This document shows, in pieces, positions 1 through 10,916 of a DNA stretch of 64,000 bases. The translations under genes and the position numbers were made by a program. Within the stretch, counting starts at the first letter, position 1; each line of letters begins with the position of its first letter. This stretch comes from an uncultured bacterium (GTDB taxonomy: Bacteria > Babelota > Babeliae > Babelales > Babelaceae). The stretch spans positions 1 through 64,000 of the forward strand of contig CAWKFG010000004.1 in assembly GCA_963848965.1 (NCBI GenBank), read 5' to 3'. The notes under the pieces are model-generated. The model did not search any database. It saw only the letters and a list, made by a program, of their open reading frames with translations, and was not told the DNA's origin.

Positions 1-919
<919 letters not shown>

Positions 920-965
920 TAGGGCTCACGGCGGTACGAGTCCCGGAACTGGAGCGGCGCGACCT

Positions 966-1866
966 CTAAGCGCTCGGCCGGCCAGTCTCGCCGCCAGCAG
1001 AACCGCTTCGACCAGGCTGCCCGCGTCGGCAACGCCCTTGCCGCGCGATGTCGAACGCCGTGCCGTGATCGACTGACGTCCGGATGATCGGCAGGCCGAG
1101 CGTCACGTTGACCGCCTGACCAAACGCCAGCGAGCTTGACGGGCACGAGGCCCTGGTCGTGATACGCGGCGATGACGACGTCGAACTCGCCGCTCGCCGC
1201 ACGAACGAAGAGCGTGTCGGCCGGAAACGGACCCGGACACGTCAATGCCTGCGCGACCGCGCGCGTGGCGATCGCCGGCGCGATCACGTCGCGATCCTCT
1301 TCCGTCCCGAGCAGGCCGTCTTCGCCCGCGTGCGGATTGAGCCCGGCGACGGCCATGCGCGGTGACGTCATGCCGAACCGCGGCAAGCGACGACGCCGTC
1401 AGCCGGATGACGCGCGAGCAATCGGTCGGTCGTCAGCGCTCGCGGCGACATCGGCGAGTGGGATGTGCACGGTCGCCAGGACGACGCGCAGCTTCTCGGA
1501 CCAGAACATCATCGCGACGTCGCTCGACGCCGCAGAGATGCGCGAGCAGATCGGTATGGCCTTTCCACGGCAGGCCGGCGGCGGCAAACGCCGCCTTGTT
1601 GATCGGCGCCGTGGCGATGGCCTGCACCCGCCCCGCCAGCGCGTCCTCGGTGGCGCTGCACGATGGCGTCGTAGGCGGCGCGAGCCCGATGCGGCGCTGA
1701 CTTCGCCGCGCTGGAAACTCGCGCGATCGCCTCCGGCGATGTGCGGACCGTAGAGCACCGGATGGCACACGGCGGTGACGCGCGGGTCGCGTGACGCCTT
1801 GACCGCGATCTCGGGACCGATCCCGGACGGGTCGCCGACGGTGATGGCAACGACAGGAACTGGCAC
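966..1866 (-). CDS. pdxA: 4-hydroxythreonine-4-phosphate dehydrogenase (frameshifted)
   Basis: [77 protein letters not shown]. Confidence 0.95.
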
Positions 1867-1910
1867 GTGAGGTTCAGCCGACGGCTTCGGCCCCGACCAA
1901 GCCCTAGCCG

Positions 1911-2913
1911 TCAAATCGTCACCGCCATCCAGTCGGCGACGATCTTCGGGCTGGCGTTGCGACCGAGCGCGTCGTCGGCGGCCTCGACCGTGGCGAAGGC
2001 GCTCGATGACGCGCTCGGTCGTTGAAGGCCGGGGCGAGGTCGCCGAGGTCGTCGGTCGAGATCGGCATGGGCGAGCGGCACGTGCCGGCGCGCCGAGCGC
2101 GCCGAGGTCGCGCAGAAGCGACAGCAGGATGGCCAGCCGATCCGACAGCGCCTCGCGATCGCGGCGGTCCGAACCGTGCTGGGCCAACGCGGCCGCGGCT
2201 TTGAGCCGGCCGGGACGCGCCGGGCCGCGCGCGGCCGCGAGCAGCCCGAGCGCCGCGTCGCGATCCTCGTCGAACTCGTCCGACTGTCCGGCCAGCGCCC
2301 GGCTGACGCTGCCGCCGGACGCGTGCCGCCAGGCGCGTGCGCCGCGCCTGCGTCCATGCCCTGCGCGCTACCAGCACGCGCGCGACGTCCGGCTTCGACG
2401 AGCAGCCCGAATCGCAGGCGGCGGCAGCGCGACTGGATCGTCGGCAGGAGCGTGTCCGCATAGGCCGACACCAGGATCGATGATCGCGGCCGACGGCGGC
2501 TCCTCGAGCGTCTTCAGCAGCGCGTCCTGCGCCTCGCACGGTCATGTCGTCCGCCGGATCGATGATGAAGACGCGGCGCGCGGCCTCGAACGGACGATAG
2601 TTGACCGACTCGAGCACGCGCTCGCGCAGCGTCCGGATCTTGATCGACGCTTCGTCGCCGCTGATCGACGCACGGTCACGTCGGAATGCTGCCCGCGCGC
2701 GATCCGCTGGCAGGTCGGAGCACGTCGCCGCACGCGTCGCCGTCTCTGCTGGCGCGGGCAGTTCACGGCCTGCGCGAGCGCCATGGCCACGGCGCGCTTG
2801 CCGACGCCCTCCGGCCCGGCGAAGAGCAGGCTCTGCGGCACGCGGTCCGCGGACACCGCCTGGCGCAGCAGCGCGATGAGCGGCGCGTGGCCGACGATGT
2901 CGGAGAGTGGCAC
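1911..2913 (-). CDS. holB: DNA polymerase III delta-prime subunit (frameshifted)
   Basis: DIVGH...PQSLLFAGPEGVGK...AQAVNC, RRVFIIDPAD, ALLKTLEEPP, LLPTIQSRC. Confidence 0.9.
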
Positions 2914-2988
2914 GCGCCGATCCTATCGCGCGCCGCGCGCGGTTGCGCCCCTCGCGCGGCCGGTGCCATAATCGCGTGTTGCCGGTCG

Positions 2989-3063
2989 GGGCGGTTAGCT
3001 CAGTGGTAGAGCACCGGCCTTACACGCCGGCTGTCACAGGTTCGAGCCCTGTACCGCCCACCA
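2989..3063 (+). tRNA. tRNA-Val (TAC)
   Basis: Acceptor stem GGGCGGT/ACCGCCC plus ACCA, anticodon arm CCGGC-CTTACAC-GCCGG, T-loop GTTCGAG. Confidence 0.97.
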
Positions 3064-3202
3064 CATTGGAGGGAAAAGTGACTCGACAAGTAAGAAATTA
3101 GAAGTCAGAACTCAGGAAGTCGGCAGATCTGTCAGCGGAGCCGCGCACGTTCTGACTTCTTAGCTTCAAGTTCGAACTTGACGAAGATTTCACAGCCCTT
3201 GC

Positions 3203-3279
3203 GGGGTCGTAGTTCAGTTGGTTAGAACGCTGGCCTGTCACGCCAGAGGTCGCGGGTTCGAGTCCCGTCGGCCCCGCCA
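3203..3279 (+). tRNA. tRNA-Asp (GTC)
   Basis: Acceptor stem GGGGTCG/CGGCCCC plus GCCA, anticodon loop CTGTCAC, T-loop GTTCGAG. Confidence 0.97.
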
Positions 3280-3664
3280 TTTTCCTAAAAGAGATTCGGC
3301 CGGTTGCGCTTCGCCCGGCCGTGGGCTGTCCGAACGATCGGACAGAATCGGACAGCTGAAGCCGCGGTGCCGGTTCGCGCCAACGAAAACAGGCTGTCCA
3401 GCCAGCGCGCCCAGCCGGACTCTGGCCTTTGACGCCAGAGGTGGACGAGATTATTGGCAGGACCTTCCGACCAAATATAGAGAAGCCAAAGAATTTTCGG
3501 CCGTCAACGCACAGAAGTCCGGCGCCAGTCAGCTGCGTGCTAGCATCCGGCCGTTCAATGACATGGAGCGCGATTAGTTGCCGACGGCCGGCCGCGGATG
3601 GCTGCAAGCCGATTCGAGCAGCCTACTCCAACAGTAGTCTAGACGGCTGAACAAAGGACGAGAT

Positions 3665-4081
3665 GTGAAGAGGACGTTGCGCGTTCTCGTGCTGGTGGAA
3701 ATAGCATTCGGACTCAGTAGCATTATTGTCGACTGGTACGCAAAGCGGTTCCTGCCAGACGCTTTGCAGGGCTTCTTGAATCAGACGCAGGAATCCGACA
3801 TCACTGCCCGCGAATGGGCCCTCCTGGCGCTTGGCTTTGGAGATCTCGTGCTGGGAATTGTCGCCTGGGTAGCTGTGTGGCGATTCGGCATCTCACCACG
3901 CGCCCGGTTGCTTTACACGCTCGCGTGGGGAATCTCGATTCCGCTCACTGCCGTCTGGGGTCCGTATGTGTACTCTGGAATTGGCCTCGCCCTGGGGACG
4001 GCCACTGCAGTAACAGCGGGTATGATCCTCGGCATTCTTCATTTCGCGAATCTGGCCGGCCCTTCAGCGACCACGCTCTAA
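3665..4081 (+). CDS. Hypothetical multi-pass membrane protein, integron-cassette-like
   Basis: 138-aa ORF with about four hydrophobic segments; its TAA lies inside the R'' box of an attC site. Confidence 0.7.
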   Translation: MKRTLRVLVLVEIAFGLSSIIVDWYAKRFLPDALQGFLNQTQESDITAREWALLALGFGDLVLGIVAWVAVWRFGISPRARLLYTLAWGISIPLTAVWGPYVYSGIGLALGTATAVTAGMILGILHFANLAGPSATTL

Positions 4082-4168
4082 CACGCCGCTGCAGCCGCCG
4101 AGCGGCGGTCAGGGCGAGGTAGAGTGAGCATCGAGTTCGCCGCTCGCGGCTGAGCGGCAACGTTAGCC
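4076..4168 (+). mobile_element. Integron attC recombination site
   Basis: CTCTAAC (R'') ... GCCGCTGCAGCCG ... CGGCTGAGCGGC ... GTTAGCC (R'); imperfect palindrome with an extrahelical base, overlapping the upstream stop codon. Confidence 0.85.
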
Positions 4169-4180
4169 TGACAAATAACA

Positions 4181-4407
4181 ATGGCGTTGCCAGTGGAGCT
4201 GCCGAGGAATCTTAGGCGGCGAGCCGTGCAGCCCCGGGTCTGCCGGAGGGCGACCCCGCGTGGTCCCGAGACGACGCTCTCGTGGTACTGAAGACACTTG
4301 AGGGCTCAATCATCGCGGTGTTTCAAGTGGATGTTTACGTGGTGCCGTTTGGTCATCACGACGTTATCCATACAGGCCGCAGCGCGAGCTACGTCTACAT
4401 CCGAGCA
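4181..4407 (+). pseudogene. Truncated second cassette ORF, Imm40-like immunity protein
   Basis: ATG 12 nt after R'; MALPVELP...(frameshift)...GDPAWSRDDALVVLKTL...AVFQVDVY resembles the Imm40 AW..DAL...DVY pattern (recognised by eye only). Confidence 0.4.
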
Positions 4408-4529
4408 TCTTGCGCATGATCGCCCCTTTGAAACTGTGTTTTCTCGCCGAAGTGCGGTTTATAGCACACTCGAATTGACGCACCAATGTCGATTCTGGAG
4501 GCGGAGTGATGCCTGACGACGTCGGCCTC

Positions 4530-4696
4530 GCCACGGCGCCGTTGTGCGTCCATTCCATCGCCTACAATTTCATCAAGATCCATCGCACGCTGCGCATGTC
4601 ACCCTGGCGATGGCCGCAAGCGTCACCATGCGCCTCTATAACGTGGCCGATTTGGTGAACCTGCCGATCGAATCGGAGTCGAAAAAAGCGGCGTAG
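4530..4696 (+). mobile_element. IS1-family transposase C-terminal remnant 1
   Basis: AYNFIKIHRTLRMSP(A)MAASVTMRLYNVADLV...ESESKKAA*, matching the YNF.RIH.TLR.TPAMAAG motif. Confidence 0.7.
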
Positions 4697-4709
4697 GACC
4701 GGCTAACGC

Positions 4710-4891
4710 TCAGGGGCGCTTATCCTTGCGGGCCTTTAGGATCTGGCCGATTACGTCTGCAGCGGCCCCGTAGACAACGCCGAAGACCGCGCCCAGGGCG
4801 ACCCCAAGCCAACATTGCCAAAAGCCGCGCCCAATACCACGCCGAGCGCCGCGCCGAGAACAATGCCCATGCCGGGCCTGTGCGTTTCCAT
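4710..4891 (-). CDS. Small glycine-zipper membrane protein (frameshifted), cargo gene
   Basis: METHRPGMGIVLGAALGVVLGAAFG...ALGAVFGVVYGAAADVIG. Confidence 0.5.
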
Positions 4892-4943
4892 GGGGTAAAG
4901 TTTGCGCCCAACGGCCATGCCTTTCAACACCTGTTATGCCAGT

Positions 4944-4966
4944 CAAATTCAAACTGATGTCATAAC
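4944..4966 (+). repeat. IS1-type right terminal repeat copy
   Basis: CAAATTCAAACTGATGTCATAAC, related to copies at 5404, 6037 and 6071 (reverse complement of the 6037 copy is GGTAGTGTCTCAGTTTGA). Confidence 0.6.
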
Positions 4967-5019
4967 GACCTCGACCTCGCGACAGGCCTAGCCGGCTGCG
5001 AGTCCCGCTAGAATGGCGC

Positions 5020-5417
5020 ATGCTGCGACGCTGCCTTGCTCTGTGGCTCGTGGTGGTCGGCACGGCGGGTTGCGCGACGCCACCTGCACCGGCCAGCAAC
5101 TCTATGGGACTGGTCTTCCTGACCCGCGACGGTTGCGCGAACACGGCGAAGATGCGCACCAACCTGGATGATGCGTTGCGGGCGATGAGTCTGCCTGCGG
5201 ACTACCAAGTGATTTGACTTGGCGACGCTGGCAACCACAGACATCCGACCGGCTACCCCACGCCAACTGTGCTCTATCGGGACCGGGATTTGTTTGGGTT
5301 GGCGGTCCCATTGCCGCCTACAACACACCCAGTTGACGGCTCTACCAGGGCGGAGTTCCGTCCTCAGCCGTGATTCAAGAGAAGCTCATGGGCGTCGAGC
5401 GCCCAAATTCAAAGTGA
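5020..5417 (+). CDS. Putative lipoprotein with thioredoxin-like fold (frameshifted); stop codon lies inside an IS-end repeat
   Basis: Lipobox-like TAGC; FLTRDGCANT; GYPTPTVLY.DRDLFG; the last frame ends PNSK* within CAAATTCAAAGTGA. Confidence 0.55.
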
Positions 5418-5426
5418 TGTCATCAC
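5404..5426 (+). repeat. IS1-type right terminal repeat copy
   Basis: CAAATTCAAAGTGATGTCATCAC, 21/23 identical to the copy at 4944. Confidence 0.6.
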
Positions 5427-5449
5427 GACGTCGCCTGCCACACCGGCCG

Positions 5450-5583
5450 GGTTCGACCGTTCTGTCTACAGTTTCATCAAGATCGACCGCTCACTCAGAG
5501 TGACGCCGGCGATGGCAGCGGGTGTGACGAAGAAGCTCTGGGAAGTCGACGCTATCGTGGCCTTGCACGACTCGCCGCGCTAG
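5450..5583 (+). mobile_element. IS1-family transposase C-terminal remnant 2
   Basis: YSFIKIDRSLRVTPAMAAGVTKKLWEVDAIVAL*. Confidence 0.75.
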
Positions 5584-5644
5584 AATCGGCCCGTCCGTAT
5601 GGTCAAGAACCGACTGTGGCGATCTTCATGACAGGGAGGCGGCC

Positions 5645-6044
5645 ATGCTTGTTCAGCTGATCTTGGCAGTCGCGCTCGGGTTGGGCCAGCTGCAAGGCCC
5701 GAGACCTTGATCTCTGGCCGACTCACTCCAGACATCGCGCGCTTTGGCCTCGATAAGATCGTTCGGCAAGCTCGAAGTCGAAGTAGTTGGTCATGACCCT
5801 GTGCCATGCCCAGCACCTGAGCCGCCCTTGGTGCAGGTGTGGGTGTTGAAGACGGACGGAACCTCACTACAACCAAGCGGGGCGCCGGTCCGCCACGAGA
5901 TGCGTGGCAACGGCAAATGCACCTACTGGTGGTCCGCCAGTTTCCCGGATGTTCCAAGAGCTGAGTTGGCTGGAGCGGCGGTGAAGATAGGCGACCGGAT
6001 TTTCGCCAGACTATCGCGCCAGCGCGGCGACCCAGCTCAAACTG
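5645..6044 (+). CDS. Hypothetical secreted cargo protein (frameshifted)
   Basis: RBS GGAGG, MLVQLILAVALGLG signal-like start, continuing in ORF 5744..6079 and running into an IS-end repeat. Confidence 0.5.
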
Positions 6045-6087
6045 AGACACTACCAATAGGGTCGGCAAGGTCAAACTGAGACATACC
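6037..6087 (+). repeat. Two tandem IS1-type right terminal repeat copies
   Basis: TCAAACTGAGACACTACC (6037-6054) and TCAAACTGAGACATACC (6071-6087). Confidence 0.7.
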
Positions 6088-6104
6088 AACTGGGGCCCTC
6101 TTCC

Positions 6105-6381
6105 ATGACCGACACCGAACAGAGACTTCGAGAGAAGCGATTGCGGCGGGCCGCACAACGGCGCGGCTATCGCCTGATCAAGTCGCGTCGTGGGGCCGCT
6201 ACGGCACGGGCCGGATATATTGTCGTGGAAGCCGATGCAAGAGGATGTCATCGTCCTCGGGGCAGAGCCGGCTCCCTTTTCAGCGAGTCTGGACGACGTC
6301 GAAAGGTATCTAATGGATGGGCCCGCGATTCCGCGCCGTCGGAGACGGAGCCTGCCGGTGATCACTAATCCTGAGGGTTAG
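6105..6381 (+). CDS. Small hypothetical, possibly phage-like protein (frameshifted)
   Basis: REKRLRRAAQRRGYRLIKSRR joined to IVLGAEPAPFSASLDDVERYL. Confidence 0.45.
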
Positions 6382-6503
6382 TACGCTGCAACGTAACCGA
6401 CAAGGCACTTGTAGGGGCGCTCTAGATCGGCGGAGTCAATCGTGGGATCGACGATGGACGCGCGGTACGTTCCTTGCCCCTCCTGCGGCTGAGGAGTTCG
6501 AGA

Positions 6504-6826
6504 ATGGAAAAGAAGCGACAGAACGAGGCGCCACCGTCCCCACAATCAGCACCTTCTCAGGACGACACCCGCGTGGCCGATGGCCACTGGATGGAACAAC
6601 TCGAAGAGACCCTCGACGAGGGTGAGGCCCGCGATGCGGTGTGGACACTACCCTCGGCAAAGACACTTCAGATCGGCCGGGCGAGCAACAACAGGCTCGT
6701 AGAGACAACTCGGCGTCTGCAGTTGACGAGCACGAGGACGACCGCGACGTTGAGGAGAACGGCGAGATAGATGAAGTCGAAGGCGTCGAGACGGCTGAAG
6801 CTGAAGGCGAAGAAGGAGACACTTAA
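6504..6826 (+). CDS. Acidic low-complexity hypothetical protein (frameshifted)
   Basis: RBS GAGGAG; MEKKRQNE...DEHEDDRDVEENGEIDEVEGVETAEAEGEEGDT*. Confidence 0.5.
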
Positions 6827-7100
6827 CTAGGTGCTTTGCAAACCCACGGAACCAGAACCGGGTATCCCCGCTAAACGGCCGGATCTGGATCGTGGCCCAT
6901 CCTCGCCCAGACGAGGCGTCCAGCCCAATTCTGTTATCGACCTTGCAGTAGGGACACGCCCACGCCTTCCGGTGAATCGCTGGCACTTCAGCGGGCTCTA
7001 GCGATTCACGAGCGAGAGACGCGGGCCAATCAGCAACTTGCAGCATTACCTGACCGCCGCAGTGGGCGCAGTGGACTGGCAGCGTGACGGGCTCAGGCAC
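6825..7100 (-). CDS. Small CxxC...CxxC zinc-ribbon protein, paralog A (3' end uncertain)
   Basis: MPEPVTLPVHCAHCG...WACPYCK. Confidence 0.6.
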
Positions 7101-7143
7101 GCGTTGATCCTACTCGGTCAACTTGCGTAACAGGCCAATGACC

Positions 7144-7380
7144 CTAACTCTTGCTGCCAAGGGGATCTTCAATCCACTCGGCGCATGACGCCGAGCAGAG
7201 ATGCCCGCGACGCTGAACAGCCGCGTCGGCGGCGTCCTTGGCACGCTGTAAGGATGGGAATGAGGCGTCTAGGAAGCCGCCGGCAGCACCAGCGCGGAAT
7301 CGGGATGGCGTCGTGTCGCGCCGACGAACGGTGCCCATCAGCCCGCCATCGTGCCACCGCGTCCAGGACCACCCCGTCAT
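7144..7380 (-). CDS. Small hypothetical protein
   Basis: MTGWSWTRWHDGG...LQRAKDAADAAV...GHLCSASCAEW. Confidence 0.4.
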   Translation of the reverse strand: MTGWSWTRWHDGGLMGTVRRRDTTPSRFRAGAAGGFLDASFPSLQRAKDAADAAVQRRGHLCSASCAEWIEDPLGSKS

Positions 7381-7743
7381 CGCCTCGCCCATAGCCTCTA
7401 ACGCTCCGAGATTCTGCGCTGCCTCGTCTGAAACAGGGCTCGGTACAGCGGAACCCCTGCCGGAGCTATCGGCATCTGAGAGCCACGTAGCTAGTGCTTG
7501 GTCCTTCGGCGCCACACGGGCGGGCGGTAGCCCTTCCTACCCTTCCGGTCCCCTGATTGCACGGGACTCTTCTTCAATGCCACGGAAACACTCTTCGCAG
7601 ACAGGAAACGCCTCGTCGTCGTGTTGGTGCGAGTCGACTTTGAAGTTCGCCGCCTCCCTCAACGAACCTCAATCGCAACCACGTGACCAGCTGCTCGGCG
7701 AGCATTTGACGGTCGCAGAAGTGACATTTGAGCCCATCTAGCA

Positions 7744-7947
7744 TCAGAGCCTTGCCTTCGGCTCTCCGTGCCCTTGCGTCACTCTGATAACCGAGCCAGG
7801 TAGGTCGAGCCTGACCTCCTCGCGACACCACGGACATTGGTAGCGGGTCTCTCGGATGTCGTCTGACCGTTGCCACGCCGAGACCTCGACTGTGACAGCG
7901 CGACCACAGTGGTCGCAGTGGAGCGGCAGGGTGACGGGCTCGCGCAC
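7744..7947 (-). CDS. Small CxxC...CxxC zinc-ribbon protein, paralog B
   Basis: MREPVTLPLHCDHCG...YQCPWCR. Confidence 0.65.
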   Translation of the reverse strand: MREPVTLPLHCDHCGRAVTVEVSAWQRSDDIRETRYQCPWCREEVRLDLPGSVIRVTQGHGEPKARL

Positions 7948-7958
7948 GCGGCGGTGGG

Positions 7959-8375
7959 TCAGTTCTGGAGGCTGAAATTGACTGTCACGGTCATCACAAC
8001 TTCAACCGGCTCCCCATTCCGCAAGGCCGGTTTGTACTCCCATTGCCTCACGGCTTCCACGGCGGCGGCGTCGAGGGTTGGCTCTACGCTCCTCTTGACC
8101 TCCGGCGGACTCCCAACAAAGCCCTCCTTGCTGAGGATGAACTCAAGGAAAACCACGCCCTGAATCCCGGCGGCTTTGGCCTCCGCAGGATAAACGGGGA
8201 GCACGTTCTTAGTCTTTGTAGGCGGCGTGAAGCCATCTTCCCCACGCCCGCGGGGCTCCTGAGCCCCTACGGCGATGGCGGCGGACGCGAACATGGCGAG
8301 GGTGATCATTGAGATCAGACAACCGAAGTTTCGGCTGGGCATCATCGGACTGTCCTCCGTTAGACCATTAGACAC
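7959..8375 (-). CDS. TonB C-terminal domain protein
   Basis: Signal-like N-terminus followed by PVYPAEAKAAGIQGVVFLEF...LDAAAVEAVRQWEYKPALRNGEPV...VTVNF. Confidence 0.9.
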   Translation of the reverse strand: MSNGLTEDSPMMPSRNFGCLISMITLAMFASAAIAVGAQEPRGRGEDGFTPPTKTKNVLPVYPAEAKAAGIQGVVFLEFILSKEGFVGSPPEVKRSVEPTLDAAAVEAVRQWEYKPALRNGEPVEVVMTVTVNFSLQN

Positions 8376-8377
8376 CC

Positions 8378-8504
8378 AAATTCATGGCTCAGTGCATGGC
8401 CGCGTGACTCCCGCGATGACCGCAGGCGTCACCAGGCGGCTGTACGACGTGTCGTCATCTGGTCGCCCTGTTGGTTGGAATCGGAGTCCAAAAAAGCGGC
8501 GTAG
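8378..8504 (+). mobile_element. IS1-family transposase C-terminal remnant 3
   Basis: IHGS...RVTPAMTAGVTRRLYDVS...ESKKAA*; the 3' end GAATCGGAGTC.AAAAAAGCGGCGTAG is nearly identical to remnant 1. Confidence 0.7.
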
Positions 8505-8507
8505 CGG

Positions 8508-8840
8508 CTACTGAAGGCCTAACGACGCTCGTTGGGCGCAGGCCTTCTGCACACCATACTCCCATCGGCCCTTTCCCATGCTTTCAGTCACAGACCTAAT
8601 ATTGCTGTTGAGAGCAGCGGCGTCAGTCGGCACGTTCACCAGGAGGCAAGGAAATTCCTTTGCCAGGTCTGGATTTAGGGACGAGACGATCCTTCCCGCG
8701 CCGAAATAGACAGTCACGCTATTTGGATAGGCCGGAACCACAGCGACATCTCGCGCTTCGACTGTCAGGCGAGTTCCATCGGGAGACGTAATTTGAACGC
8801 GGGATTGCTGGGAACCGACGGCCTCAACGCGCATCGCCAC
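8508..8840 (-). CDS. Hypothetical cargo protein, probably 5'-truncated
   Basis: 110-aa ORF converging on the transposase-remnant stop and abutting the Rhs fragment. Confidence 0.4.
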   Translation of the reverse strand: MAMRVEAVGSQQSRVQITSPDGTRLTVEARDVAVVPAYPNSVTVYFGAGRIVSSLNPDLAKEFPCLLVNVPTDAAALNSNIRSVTESMGKGRWEYGVQKACAQRASLGLQ

Positions 8841-8855
8841 GCCTCGCAGCAGGCG

Positions 8856-10026
8856 GTGCCGTGCGGGGCGTCATACACGCACAACACGACCGTCACCCTG
8901 ACGGCCGTGCCCGACGCCGGCGCGAGCTTTGCCGGCTGGGGCGGCGCGTGCAGCGGCACAGGCGCGTGCCAGGTCACCATGACCGTCTCGCGCTTCGTGG
9001 TCGCGACCTTCGCCGGGACGCCGACCGAGCTCGTGACAAGCTACTACCACACGGACGCGATCGGTTCCGTTCGCGCGATTACGAATGAGGCGGGCGCCAC
9101 CGTCATTCGCCATGACTATCTCCCCTTCGGCGAAGACACGCAGCCGCTGAACGGCGATCCGATGCGTTTTGCCGGCAAGGAGCTCGATCCCGAATCAGGG
9201 ATGAACTACTTCGGCGCGCGGTATTACCGGAACCTGTATGGGCGTTTCTCGACAGTCGATCCGCTTGGCGGGAGTCTCACGAATCCGCAGGCGTGGAACG
9301 GGTATGTCTATGCGCTGAACAATCCGCTGAGATTCATCGACCCGCTAGGGCTGTATGCCATGGACGGCAATCCGTGCGACGGATCAGACGCACGTGCTAC
9401 GACGGCGAGGAGTACTACTGCTGGCAGCTTTCTGGGTGTACGTCACATTTCGCCATGAGCGAGTTTCAAGCAGAAGCCTACGCAAATCACGCGGCGAGAA
9501 TGGACATTTACTTTACCCAAGTGAGTGCTGGTTTCGAGAGCCAACCCAACGGGGACATGAAGCTCTTGAAATACTCGACAGACACGTCGACGGTGACGAC
9601 TCAGGAGGGAAATTTTCGGGCGGTATCGGGCGGCGGCGCTCTAACCAACCTGTCTAGCGCCAGCCAATTTCGCATCGATCCAGCGAGTCTTCCAAAGGAT
9701 TGCGACAAGAAATGCCTTGAGCGCATCGTCGCCATGACGCCGATGCCAGTGGGTGCGCCAATCTTTGCGCCCGGACAAGCTGCCGCTCTCGCTCAGTTGT
9801 TCGGGCAAGGAGTTAAGGGCGCCGAGGCTCTACTGGCGAAGCTACACTTGGGGGAGCAGGTTTCGCTAGGTGGCGTGACCTGGGCAACACTCAACGAGAC
9901 GAGGCTCGGGCGGTCAAGAACATCATCGACTTCGCCGGAACCAGAGCGAACGACTTAGGAATGCGAGTACAGCAATTACGGACGGAAGCAATTTACCTTC
10001 TCAGGCAGATTCAGGGGAAAAAATGA
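8856..10026 (+). CDS. Orphan Rhs core protein with an InlB-B-like repeat and a C-terminal toxin domain (frameshifted)
   Basis: VTLTAVPDAGASFAGWGGACSG repeat; YYHTDAIGSVR...RFAGKELDPESGMNYFGARYY...GRFSTVDP...NNPLRFIDPLGL; the last frame ends QIQGKK* at an ATGA overlap. Confidence 0.85.
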
Positions 10027-10470
10027 CTCGCCTCGAGCCGTTACTAGCGGAAATCCTGGCCCATTGGGAAGCGTCTGGAATTAACCGTCGGCCGGGTGCA
10101 ACGCTTGAAAAAGATCCAGGGGTTTGAAAGACGCTTCGGCATTGCGCTGCCTAAAGAATTTCAGCAGCTCTACTTGCTACGCGACGGGATGGATGTCGAC
10201 GAAGTCGGTGACGACATGTTTCGTTTCTGGCCGCTTGACGAGTTCAGACCGCTGGCCGAGTTCTTTGTTGCCGCACGCCGGCCGCAGTTTGAAGGCTACT
10301 TTGTGTTCGCCGATTGGTCCATCCGCGCGCTCCACTATGGGGCGCAAATCTCATCCGCAGGTGCTGGCGCCATCGTGAAAACAGACGGCGAATCGACCGA
10401 GCTCATTGCCAACTCCTTGGTGGAGTTTCTGTCGGACTACGTTGAAGGGTTGAAGCAAAAGCGCGAGTAG
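10023..10470 (+). CDS. SMI1/KNR4 (SUKH) immunity protein (one frameshift in an A-run)
   Basis: PGATLEKIQGFERRFGIALPKEFQQLYLLRDGM...FVFADW...IANSLVEFL; ATG overlaps the toxin stop codon. Confidence 0.85.
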
Positions 10471-10916
10471 CCTCCGTCATTCTGACCCTCAATTTGGTCG
10501 TCTTGAGCCCAACAACCGGGTCCCTGTAAGTCAAGGCCGGTGTCAGGAGCCAGGGTCGAAAGTCGTCACTGCCGATTTTCATCGGCCTTTCGCGGGCCGC
10601 AGGCCCCGGTTAACCAGTTGCGAAACTCGTCCCAGACACCCCGCCATACCTGTTTTCGCGTTTTTACTCAGCATTTCGCACGAAATCAACGAGACCCTAA
10701 TTCTCTCCGCCAACTCCGCAATTGTTTGCCGAAATGCTGAGGGATTTCGGTGAATGGTCGGGCCGAAATGGGCTGAGTGACATTTTCGAGTGACATCTGC
10801 GCGATCGACCGCGGCTGGATCGGTCGCCACTTGCCGACTTACGGGGACCCAATGCGAGGGGCACACGCATTTACTCCGGTAAATACGGGTTATCGGCTAC
10901 CCCGTTGCGGTTCATC

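Noticed and set aside
2907..3650. ORFs overlapping the two tRNAs
   Set aside because: Shadow translations of tRNA and intergenic sequence.
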